Assembly (NCBI GenBank): GCA_001179505.1
Contig: CDMY01000346.1
Location: 1 to 64,000, forward strand
DNA: 64,000 nucleotides
Reading direction: 5' to 3'
Source: Vitrella brassicaformis CCMP3155
Lineage: Eukaryota > Protista > Chromerida
The position numbers and the translations under genes were made by a program. Shown one piece after another: positions 38,634-52,502 of this stretch. Positions within the stretch are counted from its first letter, which is position 1. Every line of letters begins with the position of its first letter. Under the pieces are notes generated by a model. The model was not told the origin of the DNA. It saw nothing but the letters and a program-made list of their open reading frames with translations, and searched no databases.

Positions 38634-41343
38634 AGGGTGAGGCGGAGCACTGCATCCGTCGCCCTCGCAATACGAGTGCGTGTGTGTGTGTTCAGGCTGT
38701 GTGTCGAGTCGAGCCAGTCGTGACACAAAAGCACCGTGCCGTAGCACTCACATCCTATCCGTCTGTGTGCGCGTCTGTATAGCTGTCTGTCTGTGTGTGT
38801 GCATAGAGGGAGGGTGCATTGGTGCGTTTGCCGCATGGCTGCCTCGTCGATGGATGGACGGATGGATGTGTTCAAACGCGGCGTGCCTGCAGTCCTGCGA
38901 CGTGTCCTGCGTCTGTGTGTCTGTGTGGGCAAAATGTCACCTTTGGGCGGGCAAAATGTGTGTTTATTAGTCCTGCTCGCTTTCTGCTACTCAGTAGCCC
39001 AGCCGACCCTCTCTCTGTCTCTCTGTCTCTGGAAGCAGAGGGCACACGGCCGGCAGACAGACGGACAGACGGGCGGCATGTCGGCGTGATGGGTAGTGTG
39101 TTGAACGGATGGGTATCTACCTGTCTAAGTGGGATTGTGCACATGTCAGTCATCTCATGTCAATGTCGGCAAACCAACGGCACGCATCCCATCAATCGAT
39201 GCACGAGGCTTCATCCATCCAATCATCCAATCGACCGTCAGTCAGTCAGTCAGTCATACGTTCCTTCCCCGCTCGCACACGAGCGCACGCACCCATCCAT
39301 TCATCCATCAATTCATCCATGCACTCTGTGTGCAGTCGGCCATACACACACCGTAAGCCTCTCAGAGAGATGCGCTAGGATAGACCACCCAGCCAACCCT
39401 CTCATCATATGACCGATGCGATGCAGCAATCCACCACCACCACCGTCCCGACAACAGTGTCTGTCATCCTTCTATCTATTTCTACACCCATACTCCCACA
39501 GAGGGCGGCCTCTCTGCCCACACCCTCACTCCTCGATCCCTCTGTCGGTCACTCGTCGTCCTCCTGCGCTTGTTGGGTAAGCTGGCGGTGCTCTCGTTGG
39601 GGCTGTTGTCTAGCTCGTCCATCGACATGTCGTCGATGTCGGGGGTGGCCTCTGCCGCTGCCATGGCGCCCCTCCTCCCCGCGCTTGTCCCGCTCGTCAC
39701 CACTCGTGTGAGCCGATAACAACTGCTGCAGCGCCTCAATCATCGACAGACCTTCACGGCTCCTCTGGCTGGCTGCTCGTTAGAGTGCCTGGGCGCCCGG
39801 GCACCTCTTGAGGTAGGGGTCGGCGCCGCTGCAGCTGCAGCTACTGCCGCTGCTGGGGCAGGGGCGGGGTGGGACGACTGTTGGCATGAAGGGCGGCCTC
39901 TACTCTTGAGCACACGGCGTACGCCCGTGACCGTTGGCCGTTGGGCGAGCAGAAAGGAGAAAACACCGATTTCATTCAGGGCGCTCGAAAGAAGACCGCA
40001 GGCGGCCGGGCGCCGTGCCCATTAAGGAGTGTGTGAATGTCGCGGTTGGTGCTTCTCGGAGTCTTCATCTTTTAATTGCATTCCTTCACAAGTTCACTGA
40101 GGTCCGCCTCCACCATTGATTGCATCGAGTGTAGGAATGCAATGAGTGGCTTGCCAAACGTTAACGAATGCATGAGTGCAGGCAGGGCAGAGAGCAAAGG
40201 AAAACAAAACACCTGTGTCAGTCAATCGGTCAGGTGCATAAGTAGTGGGTGGTACTGCTGGAGGGGCTCAGCAAGTATGGCAGGCACGGCGCATCACTGC
40301 AAACAAGTGACTGTGACTATCGAGCGCGTTGTACAGAGCGGACATTGCGCTGTCAGCGGCAGCTATGAAAATGAAGGACCACACACACACACACACACAT
40401 GAGGTGGCCAAGAACACAAACATACAGAGAGCCAAGTTGTCACGCCAATACTCAAATGGCTGCCGCCGACGGTCGGGATGGGAAAGGGAGAGCGATGCCG
40501 AGTACTGTACAGCGATCGTCATGGCTTGACGATGGCACGCACAATGTCATCCGCGAGGCGCGACCAAGTCACTGCTGTCTGTCAGTCAGTCAGTGAGGTC
40601 ACCTGCTCACTTATATCCACCCACCATAAACACACACACTGCATTCAGGTAAGGTCGGTGGTGTGTGAGTGTGTGTCACCGGTGAGTGAGTGGGATGAGT
40701 GTCGCTAGTGCATGGCATGTAGCCGTCCGAAGTAAGTGTATGGTGTGTGTGTCTGTGTGTGTCTGTCTACACATGAAAACATCTGGCTGGTGCACAGAAA
40801 CAGGAGAAAGTGTTCTCCTCTCTCGGTCGCCTGGCTACAACGCGTCAGGTCGGGTCAGGTCAGGTTAGGGGGGAAAACAAAGACGGGAGAATTGCATGAA
40901 AAGTCATTCACAAATAAGTCAGTCACGCAACCAGAAAGTACCCACCAGAAAATGCCAATCAATGTCTACACCGACCGACACTCAGACATGATGGCGTGCG
41001 TGCTAGCACACCATTTCCCCTCCCCGCCATCCACCCCCTCCTCACGCAGCTCACTCGCCCCCCTCTTCCTTGTACGGCCTGCGTCGCCGGGCTGCTGCTG
41101 CGTGAGGTAAGTCGTCGACAAGGATGCACACACACATCTCACGCACTGCACCCAGCCGCACTCACCCAGGCCCTCCCCGCCACTCACCCATCCATCCATC
41201 CATCCACCCACCATCAGCCGACCTCCCGCCCCCGACAAGCACCACCACCACCACCGCCAACGACAATGTAGACAGACGGGGAATAGACAGCGACACACCG
41301 CACCCACGCACACCGACAAGACGTAATCAACACAGACGAAAAG

Positions 41344-41510
41344 GGAGTGTCCACACCATACCGAGGGACAAAAAGAAAAGGACAAAGCAGTGTCACCACC
41401 ATACGGAGGGACAAAAAGAAAAGGAGAAAACAGTGTCACCACCCTACGGAGGGACAGAAACGAGAAAACAGTGTCACCACCCTACGGAGAGACAGAAAGA
41501 AAAGGAGAAA
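41344..41510 (+). repeat. Minisatellite of about 4 units (~37-43 nt)
   Basis: The core cagtgtcaccacc(a/c)tacggagggaca recurs with A/G-rich linkers. Confidence 0.8.
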
Positions 41511-41619
41511 GGAGAAGAAAAGGCAACGGGTAGGGCTGCTGACTCAAAAGCAATACAATAGAATACACTAATTAACTAACAAAAAATGGCCATCCTCCCC
41601 CGTCTGTCTACATATATGG

Positions 41620-42371
41620 GGGCGCGGGGGCCTCTTCTCGTGGTGGCGGTGGGTGGTGGGTGGGGTGCTTCTCGTCGGCCGGAGAGGGCACAGACGCTGC
41701 GGGCTGGCCGATGGCCGAACGACTTCAGCCCCTCCAGGAGGTCACTGTTGCCGGTGGTGGGTGCTAGTGGCTGAGATGGACGAAGTGCAGCCTCGGTGTG
41801 GATGGACGATCCGCCTTGTTCGGGTGTGGACTGATGGTGCTGCGGTAGTCCTCTATGGGTCGCTCCACATTCCTCCCGATGCCGATGTCGCGCCGCTCCG
41901 CTGCCCGACGTATCGACCACAAGAGATGGGAACTGAGCCATCCTCTCCCTTGACAGCGGTCTATGTGGTGATGCCCGTGACGGAACAACCCGCTGGCCGG
42001 TGAAGAAGAGGTGGATGTCTCCCGTGTAGGTGCGCACTCGCCGGTCGCCGGAGGAGTCGCGGACAGAGACGATGGGCATGTCGGCGAAGGGCTGCCCAGC
42101 TACGCCAGAGGCAGGCTCCTGGCGGAAGGCCAGCTGGTCGGGCACCTGATCGACCATTAAGTCGCTCGAATCGCCCGCAACGGTCGCCCTCCCGGGGGAT
42201 TCTCGTGAATGAACGCCTCCAGTATGTAGTCGCCCGCCTCGTTGACACCAAGTCGAAGAGTTTAGCTGGTTGCGTGTGCCGAACGGACCGACGGTTGAGG
42301 TGCAGCAGCCGCCGCCGGCAGGCTTGAGCAGCGGCATGACGTAGCCCCCACTAATGCCGGTATCAAGTCAT
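41620..42371 (-). pseudogene. Duplicated fragment of an Ig-like repeat gene (copy 1)
   Basis: Apparently identical to 52803-53553. It encodes DQVPDQLAFRQEPASGVAGQPFADMPIVSVRD with frameshifts and ends at a gap. Confidence 0.6.
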
Positions 42372-42752
42372 NNNNNNNNNNNNNNNNNNNNNNNNNNNNN
42401 NNNNNNNNNNNNNNNNNNNNNNNNNNNNNNNNNNNNNNNNNNNNNNNNNNNNNNNNNNNNNNNNNNNNNNNNNNNNNNNNNNNNNNNNNNNNNNNNNNNN
42501 NNNNNNNNNNNNNNNNNNNNNNNNNNNNNNNNNNNNNNNNNNNNNNNNNNNNNNNNNNNNNNNNNNNNNNNNNNNNNNNNNNNNNNNNNNNNNNNNNNNN
42601 NNNNNNNNNNNNNNNNNNNNNNNNNNNNNNNNNNNNNNNNNNNNNNNNNNNNNNNNNNNNNNNNNNNNNNNCACACACACGGAGAGAGAGAGCGATACCC
42701 CTCTCTGTGTGTCGCATGGATGGATGGATGGATGGGTGGGTGTATGCAGAGA

Positions 42753-44482
42753 CACATGACAAGATCAACATGTGCGGGTGCTACATGAGAGAACAAATCC
42801 CCTTCTACAAGGAGGTTGACGACACTGAAGAAGACGCCAAGGACAACAAGGACACCGATGGCGATGATCCAGACCATCCATTCGCCAGGAGGAACGTCAC
42901 AACAGTCCCGGGAAGCGCCCAGCTGATACAAGTACGTGAGTCCATTTACTTGTTGGTTGAGGTATCGCCGCGTGTGCGTCATGACTAGATGTGTGTGCAT
43001 TGCAATGGGTGGATGCCTGCCTGCAGGCCATCCCAAGCAAGTTGATGGGCCCTCGTCAGTGCCAGCTGTTCTGCCAGGCGGAGAACAACTGCACCTACTT
43101 CACCGTCGAATACAGCAAGTGTGTAGGCAATCAAGCGTCTTCATCCCACAAACCCAGGAAGGAACCCATGTGCTGATTTGAGTGTGTGTGTGTGTGTGTG
43201 CAGGTGTTGGCTGTGGGGCAAGATAGAGAGATGGGAGGACAGCTCCAAGCACACCTCGGGGCCTCGTCTGTGCGCCGAGGACAAACTGGCCGTCGGCCTG
43301 CGATGCGACTCAAGTGCGTCAGTGAGGGAGTGAAAGGGAGAGCCAGTGCGAGGGCATGGGCATGGGACCACAATCGATGAGCTGCTGCCTGTGCTATGGC
43401 TGCAGGTTTCTATCGTCAGCGGTACACGGCTCTGTCGCTGTTTGTGTTGAAGGTCAAGAACATCCGTGTGCCGTTCGGGGACGGCTGCCCCGTCGAGATC
43501 AGCTGGGCCTCCCTCTCGTGGATCCTGGCCGTGGCCGTCCTCCTGCTCGCCACACTCATCATCGCCTGCATCTCTCGTGCGCGATACGAGAAGCGCACCA
43601 ATGTCGTGCGGGTAATGATCGCCGCTGTGGCGATGTGGGACTTTTTGACTGACTGCGCGTTCGTGGCGCGCTCCTGGGATAAGACGATGCTATGGGTGTT
43701 TTGGGTTGGGCTCTTCCATCTGGTGCTGGTGGTTCTGGCGAACTCGCTGGCGCTCATTTGGTTTATCAAGGGTGTGGGGAAGCAGGGGACCTACTTCCGG
43801 CGGTGGTTCGACAAGCACCGACGGCACAGCCACATGACCTTCCTGCTCGTCTTCGTGAGCTCGTTTCTGCACCTGGGGGTCCTTCACTTGTTCGCTTCCC
43901 GCCTCTTCGGCTGGAGGCTCTTCTCCCTGCAAGTGCACACCCAAAGCCTGCTGACCCTCGAGATGCTAACACTGGCTGAGGACGTGCCACAAGTCGCTCT
44001 GCAGGTGAGTCGACACATCCAGGATGGGTGGATACTACACTGACGGCATATGGATGGTGTGTGTGTGTGTGTGTGAAGGTGTCCTATGTGCTGCTGAAGC
44101 AGGGTGGGGGCGGCCGTGGGATCCCTTCCGTGACGCTCGTATCGGTGCTCACGTCGGTCTTCCAGGCAAGCTTCGACCCCGACAAACCCACCCCCACACC
44201 GACCGACACCAATGCACTCACTGCACGCACAACTTGTGCTGCCTTGCCTGTCCTGTCCTCGATTCAATTCAGGTGTTGAAGGTGTTGTTATTCGGCCTCA
44301 AGTACATATTGGCGTCCGTCTTCCCTATCGTGGCCGTCAAAAGCGCCAGATCTGAGGCGGCAATCTCTCTCTCTCAGGGTGCTGACATCGCCAAGGAGAC
44401 CAGCAAGCAGTCGACGGCCAAGGCAAACGACGAGAACAGCAGTCAACCGTCTGTGGCCAGGGAGAGCCAGGAGGGGCCGTGA
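42753..44482 (+). CDS. PAN/Apple-domain multipass membrane protein (5' end lost in the gap)
   Basis: CQLFCQAENNCTYFT..CWLW..SGPRLC is Apple-like. It is followed by about 6-7 hydrophobic helices with WDFLTD and EDVPQVALQ. Confidence 0.8.
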
Positions 44483-45976
44483 TGGATAGACTGCAGGCAG
44501 GGAGGGAGGGAGGGAGGGGATGTCTGTCCATCCATAGCATATATGGGTGGGTGCATGAGGGTGGATGGATTTTTCCTCATACGCCTATTTCGCCTATTTG
44601 TCACTCCTTTGCGCGTGTGTGAGCGTGTCTCTCTCTGTGTGGGCGTTGCGTGTGAACATGGCACGTGCAGGTCGATAGAGAAAGAGGGGAGGGAGGATGG
44701 GTGTGGACGTGTGTGCGTCAGCTTCTGAGGATGCAAGTATGGACGGCATGCCATGCATCCTGCTGCTCCATCCGTCAAGTGGATGGGCGTGGAGCACATT
44801 TGGGGCCGGCCGGCATGCCTTTCGTGTGAGAGTGATGTGGCTGGTGTTTGTTCAGACGCCTGTTGTGAGGTTGGTTGTGGTCTTTATTCGTCAGTATCGA
44901 TCGCACCGACTGCTATTCGCATAGACCGACCGATATGCGTGCGTCTTCGTCGTAGCTCGGGTATCTGTCGCTACAAATATTGATTGCCACAGCCGGCCGT
45001 TTCGGATGACGTGTGGTTCAAACGAAGAGAGAAAGCAAAAAGTCCCATCCATCCATCCATCCATCGCGCGTGAGTGGCTGGCGACACCCGATGTGCTGCG
45101 TGCATCCGATAGAGCGACAGCAACACATCCAGTGAGGCTCACACACGTACGTACACACTCACACAGAGGAAAGGAAGGCAGGCCGACCAGAAGAAGCAAC
45201 CCACGTGTACGTAGCTAAGGCAGGAAACTCGGGGCAAGCAAGTATCAGAAAACACCGTGCATATGCAGTTATCTAACTGTGGACATATGCAAGTACATTC
45301 GTCTTTCCCGAGTTAATCGCTCCCTGGTGCACAGACTCGACAACGGGATCAACCAAACAAATACACAGTCCTCTCCGTCGCGCACAACATGCCATGTGCA
45401 TATGTGCACATGGCCAGCCCTCGGAAAAAACTGGGTCTTGCGAAAGCACGGCGACGGGGAGAAAAGAATCACTCACCCGGTCGCTCCTCGGGCCCTTTCT
45501 TACCTGTACTGACAAAACGTGTGCATGATCCAGGGGCGCATACCATAAACGATATGTATCGGTGTCCAGTCCAGCTATGCATCGGTGTAACCAGGAAAGC
45601 CGATATGCATATATGCATTCACACACACAAACACACACGCGTTCACACACACACCAAAGCCCTCCCAGCACCGGCCGCCAAGAGTGGCGGCATTCGGTAC
45701 TACAGGCTAACTGCACGGTCGGCTGTCATCCCTCCCTTCGGCCCTTGAAAACAGACTGTCTGTCTGCCTCTCTGTGTTGGTCGACATGTCTGTACAGCAA
45801 AGGGGGTAGGGCCTCAGACGAAGCGGGAGAAAGACAGGAAATGACACGCACCCATCCCCACACCACACCACACGCACCCGACCCACCCTCCCCCACAGAG
45901 AGACACTGCCCTTTTTTTGGTTTTGGGGTTTTTTATTTTTTGTTTTTCATTTTCTGTGACACAATCACGCCGACAC

Positions 45977-46016
<40 letters not shown>

Positions 46017-48169
46017 TGGTGAAAGGCCTAGCCCTTTCCCTCTGCAAGGAGATGCGATCAATGCATGTGTGATGGTAGCCGTCGGCCTGTCTGTATGTGG
46101 CCACAGCGCAAGCAATGCAAAAATGACGGACGGACGGACGGACGAGCAAATTCGCCTCCTCCATGCATCGATGACACGAATGGTTGTCGGTCGACAGCCA
46201 GTCACAGGCGGCAGTACATCGAAAAAGAGGAGAGCACAAGTCTTAGACAGGAGAGAGATCAAAGGAGAAGGATGCATCCATCGGGGCGGCATACATTACA
46301 GCGATATGGCCCAGCTAGCTATCAACACAGTCGATTAATTCAGTACGTGTCGGATGGGTGGATCTGCCAATCCAGATTTGGCGGGGCAGATCCACCTACC
46401 CTCACCCTCCCTCCCATCAGGTGGGTCACCTCACCCCCCTCTCTCTCCTGACGGATGGATGCTACATGGCATGGCACAGAGAGAGCCGCCGTGTGACACA
46501 TGCATGGCACAGACTCGCTCTCTCGCAATAGATAGTGCAAAAACCTCTGTCTGTGCTGCCTGTGCATTGTCGTAGCACACACGGCACTCAGGCAATGGCA
46601 AGTAAGCATTGATTTGTCTGAAGGAAGGGCAAGTCAGTGCCAAAAAGGCGGCAAAGACCCGTTGTCCGTCGACAACCGGGCAGCCAAGCCGCCGGGTAGG
46701 CAGGCAGGCAGGCAGGGAGGGAGCACTAAGGACGGCAAAGCAGATGAGAGAAGAGATAGGAAAGAAGAGAGGGCAGGACTTTGGTCGGTCAGTCGGTCTT
46801 GACTGACTGACTGTACAAGGCGAAGTACGCCGTCATGCACGCACTCACACACATTCCCGCAGCATCAAGCAGGTGTCCACGCAAAACCCACCCCGCCCAG
46901 CCACCAGCAGCGTGGCAACGTCCACCCGCAGCTACGCATTTACCGATCCATTGATACGTCCGTCCATCAATCAGCCAGCCAGCCAGCCGAATCCCCCCCG
47001 ACAGACGGCAAGGCTGCTCTGTCGCTACGCAAAACCCTCCTCCCTGCTGGCCATGGGCGGGTGCACACGCCGGCAGCATGTATATTCATTCGCACACTCG
47101 ACCGACAAGGGAAGGGAAGAGAAAGCCGCGGCGAGAGAGAGAGTGACCATGGTGAGATCTGACCCACGGGCGCACGGCAAAACCCATCCCCATCCCTCCC
47201 CTGCGACAGGCAGCTAGGTGGCGCGAGTGAATTAATTAATTGGATGTGTGAAGTGACGAGCGGCCGGCAATCCAAGTCAGTCTTCAGGGCCGTGCCGTCC
47301 ATCCACCCCTCCCCCTCCCCCTCCCCCTCCCCTGCACACCACACAACACGGCTCACACAGCAAAGCGTACCAAAAGCCGGCTAGGCTGAGAGAGAGAGAG
47401 AGGAGAGGAGAGAGAGGGGCTTGCTCGAGGCCGTCCGTCTGTCAGTTTGTCTGAAAACCAGCTGGGCTACCTATCATGTCATTCATGTATACCCATCCGC
47501 AGGTATGTAGCCAGTCCACCACACCACATCACACCACACCACACCACATCACATCACAGCCCCCTCCCTCGTCCAGCAAGACAGTATGGACGGACGATGG
47601 CGCCACCAGCACATGCACTGCTGCACCTGGCTGTTGGTGCGACTACCCGTATCTGTGTGAGTATGTGTAGGTGTGTGGGTGGGAGTGTCTGCCCGCTTCT
47701 CGGTCGCTGAGCGGCAGCCGGGCAGGGGGCAGAGAAAGAGAAGACAGAGCAGAGAAGGGCTCGAGGTCATCACTCACACGGACAGGCACAAGCCAGGCAC
47801 CCACCGCAGGTTTGTCAGCGCATATATGCAATGCCGACCATTCCATCCATCCACCCATCCATCCATTGCCTGTCTGTGTGTGTCAATCTGCCAGCCCTCA
47901 CGCTACCTCATGACGGTATGTACCCCGATAATGAGTCGATAGGTATGCACCACCAGATGAAGCAAGTCAGCAGCCAGCTGCACATTCCATGCATTCATGT
48001 AGCTAGCTTCCAGAAAACACCACACGCCCCCCGTAGCGCCCGTACCCTGATACAATCACACACACACACACAGACAGGGGGGGAGGGGGGGGATCGGTCC
48101 ACACGGCCATCTTCATCTGGCTGCTGGGTGCGCACCTGTTGTGTGTGTCGGTGTGTGTGAGTGTATTCG

Positions 48170-51024
48170 TCACACGCGCCGTTTGGGGGCGCTGTTGGTC
48201 TGCGGCGAAGCGGGGTCCACGCGGGTGAGGTGTCTTGCGGGGATCCACTGGAGCTGTCTGGTGGTAGGTATCCACACCTGACCCCTACACCACACACAAA
48301 GGAAGCGGCACACAGGAAGGGACACGTGTGACTCGGTGTGAGTGTATTCATGTCGGTCTGTCGCTCACATGGTAACGCGCCCTTGCGCATCCGTCTTGAT
48401 ATTCTTGACCTGCACCGTCATTCTGTTGAGTCTGACGCCACAGGGCCCCGTGACTCCAGCGATTTTGACCTTCTGGTTGATCTCGAACGGCGGCTGGTAC
48501 GTGCCCTGCTGCTGCTGCTGCTGCGGTGGGCCCTCCTCCGACGACCCCTCGGCTGCGGTGGCGCCGTCAGTCACCTTTGGTGGTGGCTGCTCCGGGCTGC
48601 TGGGGCTGCTACTGCTGGTGCAGGAACGAGAGGGTGGGCTGTGGCTGTCAGGAAACGGCTGCTCCTGAGCCGGTGGCACCGTGCCGCTGCTCGTCGGAAG
48701 AGGGTGTCGTGCGCTGTTGGTGGTGGTGGCCTTGGGTGGCGCGGCCTTGGGTGGCGCGGCCTTGACCACAGTGCGAGTCGTCGAGTCGCCCAATCGTTGC
48801 CCACCACACAACCCACCACCCAAGCCGCCACCGATGCCGCCAGCGGCCGTCAGCGGGGCTGCACTGGGTCCTGCCGTGGGGATGAGGCCCAACAGCGACT
48901 GGAACGAGGTGGCGTCGACGGCGTCGCTCGGTCGCTGGGCGACCATGGGGGGGACCGGTACGGCCTCCTGCGATGGCTCCTCTGCCGTGGGGGACCGTGA
49001 CTGAAGTCCCTCGCTGCTCCCGCCGCTCTCACCCGTCATGTCGGCCTCCCGTGAGGTCGCCAGTGGACGCACCCGAGCGCCCGGGCCTGTTGCTGGCGCC
49101 TTGGGCTTGCCACTGCCGTACTCGCCGGTGGTGGTGGGGCCAGTGGCCGGGGGCGTGCCGAGTAGGGCATCGCCGCGCCCGTCCCTGTTGCCGTTCTTCT
49201 CACCAAACGCCACACGCGAGCTGACAGCGCCAGGCGACCGCACTGCAGCCGGTGGGCGGTGGTCCATGCTGCTGGGGCCGTCGGGGCGAGGATCGGGCGT
49301 CAGAGTACGGTAGTACTGGCCCCTCTCCTCGCGCCGGGCGACGGTGAGGCCGCCGCCGAGTGGGGAAAGGGGTAGGCGGCCGCCAGAGTCGCTGTGGGGG
49401 TGCTGCTTGTTGCGCGAGTGCATGGGGGAGGTCAAGGCCGACTCCTTTTTCCCCATGAGCGGCTTGTCTTTTCGCCTGAGGGCGAGGTAGTTGAGCGGGT
49501 CTCTCTGCGAGGCCGTCGGCGACGGGTCTCTGTGCGAGCTCTGCACCTCGTCCATATCCTTGAGCAGGGAGGAGCTGCGGCGTTCGGCCTCGTCGCCCTT
49601 GCCGACATGCGACACCGCCGTATCTGTCAGCAGGCCGCCAAAGGAGGGGCCAACGGGCGACATGACGGGGCGGTAGCTGAATCTTGACACGGCCTCGGTG
49701 AGCATGGTGACGCCGGCGCGCGCCAGCAGTCCTGGCCCGCTCGACTCGTAGGCGGTGTTGTCGGGTTTTGACGGTCAGCATCCCCGGCTGGTGCGTGAGG
49801 AGCCGGTTGTGCGGCGAGGTGATGGTGAGTCCGTTGAGGTGGTCGTCGGCGTATACGTGGAGGTTGAGGCCCTCGCCGGTCAGGGAGAACTTCTTGACAC
49901 CCTCTACTTCACCGACGAAGCTGCAGCCAACGAGATCACAGAGAGGCGCCACACCAGTGATGGATGCTATGGATGCTCCTCTCACTGGTCTGTCTGTCTG
50001 TCTGTCTGTCTGTGGGAACGTATGTATGTATGTGTGTATGTGTTGTGTGCTCAGGTACCTGACGGCGTGTGGTGGCAGGCCCGGTATGTCATACACCGTA
50101 GCGTGTACCTCGACGATGATGACGTGCCGCTTCTTGACCGCCGGGTCGAGTGCGTCAAGGTTGAGCACCACCTCGGCCATGTCCCCCGCGTTCTTGCCGT
50201 GCGTCTGCAGTTCGACGTACTGAGTCAGGTCGTCCTCGAAAACACGAGGCTCCCCATTGAGCACGTACACAACTCTGTGTGAGCCACACACCACACACCA
50301 CACATCACGCATCACACACATCCATGCGCGCGAACCCGTGTGTTTCCACCCCGTCTGTACTGGCTTACATACCTCAGTTTCCCCGTCGGCAGCTGGACGA
50401 ACCCCTCGGCGGGCACCTTCTCCTGCTGGGTGAGGGCCTGGACGGGGCCACAGTGTGTCGCCAGGTTGAGGAGCAGCACCTTGGTGTCCAGAGTGGATGA
50501 CACAGGGTTTCAAACCCGTAACCCCTGAACCATAGAGCGCGCCACTTGACCCCTTCCCCTCCGCCGGGTGTCACATCTGCCTACCTCGCGGCACTGACAA
50601 TATGCCGAATCACTCTCCTGACGGCGGCTGGCCTGCGTTGCTCAGGGATGTCGGCAAAGTGGGACAGCTCGGGCAGAGGCCATTCAAGCGAACGCAAGGC
50701 CTCGCACGAGCCGTCCTCGTTGAAGATCTTGACACATCCGTAGAGATCATGCCGGATCTCACTGGTGCTGACGTCGATCTCACTGGTGCTGACGTCCAGC
50801 GTCAGGTGGCTGCCGCTGGCAGGAAACTGCCCTCCCGAGATGACTCCATACCGGCAGTTCTGAGGGAGGGGAGGCAGGGCGCCCAACGACGAGATCCCTC
50901 TGCTCTTAAAGATAGGCCGCATCTTGTTCACAGAGAGGGGTTCACTTTTTTTTCTCCACATTTTGGCAGCAGGAGGATTCACGGATTTGCGAGCTCGAAG
51001 ACCCTGGGGGCGAGTCTTGGCCAA
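48170..51024 (-). CDS. Hypothetical protein (globular N-terminus, disordered middle, SH3/KOW-like C-terminus); possibly frameshifted
   Basis: Coding-like exons with GT-AG joins. The C-terminus reads QKVKIAGV..LNRMTVQV..QVWIP..WIPARHL. Frame continuity fails near 50520 and 49760. Confidence 0.5.
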
Positions 51025-51859
51025 AGACGCCCCAGTAAAGACATGATGAGCGTCAGAAGACGGTAGAGACGAAGGTCAGCTCTTCGTACACACGGTTCAC
51101 ATGGACACGCACGCATGCATTTTGCCAAGTCGTTTGCAAACGCAGATCGTGCTGGCAGCGGCAGGCATGAGAGATGAAGGACCACACACAGGTCAGCTTG
51201 CGATAACCAGACACAGACCAGCTTGGTACGTACGGTATCACGAGTATCAAATGGAGAGCGATGGCGAGGATGTATGTGTGGCCGCACGATCAAAAAGCGA
51301 TCGTCATGGTTGCGCATCTGCGGGCGCGGGCAAATCGATGCGATGACAGGGCCGGGCCAGTCAGTACAGCACAGGGCCAGTCAGGTCAGTCATTGCTGTC
51401 AGTCAGTCAGTCAGGTTGGCAAGTTACGTCCACCATATATAGTACACACAGGTGGGTCTACAGGTAGGCGATGTGGGTGTGGTAAGTGTGCAGCCAGGAC
51501 ATACACGCATTCGCAATCGCAGCGGCGGAGGTTGGAAAACGCGGCCAGCGACGAAAAACAGCGGCGGAAAGAGCAGTGCTCCTGCACAGCAGGAGAAGGC
51601 TGTGCATCGGGTGCTCCTGCACAGCAGGAGAAGGCTGTGCATCGGGTGGACATTTGTGTGCTCGTGGTGCGCATGTCTGGTGTGCAGAGGGCCGCACCAA
51701 AACCGCCAAAGCAGGAGAGGAGCAGTGAGTGAGTCTGTGGGTGAGTAAGGTAAGCCTATACATCCATACAGCAGCACATGGTGAGTGGAGTGAGCAAGTC
51801 GCATGAACCGTGGACCAAAAATACTACAATGAATACGCAGTCAGTCAGTCAGTCAGTAA

Positions 51860-52502
51860 GTCGACACGGATGCACACACGCATCTCACGCACTGCAGCCA
51901 GCCGCACTCACCCAGGCCCCTGCCCGACACCATCCATCCATCCACCCACCCTCCACCAACCGACCTCCCGCCCCCGACAAGCACCACCACCACCACCACC
52001 AACCGATCGCTCCCGATGCCGATGTCGCGCCGCTCCGCTGCCCGACGTATCGACCACAAGAGATGGGAACTGAGCCATCCCCTCCCTTGACAGCGGTCTA
52101 TGTGGTGATGCCCGTGACGGAACAACCCGCTGGCCGGTGAAGAAGAGGTGGATGTCTCCCGTGTAGGTGCGCACTCGCCGGTCGCCGGAGGAGTCGCGGA
52201 CAGAGACGATGGGCATGTCGGCGAAGGGCTGCCCAGCTACGCCAGAGGCAGGCTCCTGGCGAAAGGCCAGCTGGTCGGGCACCTGATCGACCATTAAGTC
52301 GCTCGAATCGCCCGCAACGGTCGCCGCTCCCGGGGGATTCTCGTGAATGAACGCCTCCAGTATGTATGTACTCGCCCGCCTCGTTGACACCAAGCCGAAG
52401 AGTTTAGCTGCTTGCGTGTGCCGAACAGACCGAGGTTGAGGTGCAGCCGCCGCCGACGGCAGGCTTGAGCAGCGGCATGACGTAGCCCCCACTAATGCCG
52501 GT
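51860..52502 (-). pseudogene. Diverged, internally deleted copy 2 of the Ig-like fragment
   Basis: 51860-52000 matches 41115-41260 and joins directly to a match of 41875-42362. It carries its own substitutions and a 4-nt cata duplication. Confidence 0.65.

Noticed and set aside
39400-39930. Low-complexity minus-strand ORF pieces (DELDNSPNES..KRRR)
   Set aside because: The frames are interrupted and I could support neither a start nor a domain.
41344-41510. CRISPR-like repeat/spacer array
   Set aside because: The context is eukaryotic, the linkers are short and similar to one another, and there are no cas genes. It is a minisatellite.
44500-48100. Many short ORFs rich in CV/HT/DGWM
   Set aside because: They are translations of (GT)n, (CA)n and (GATG)n microsatellites, with no domain motifs or consistent exon chain.
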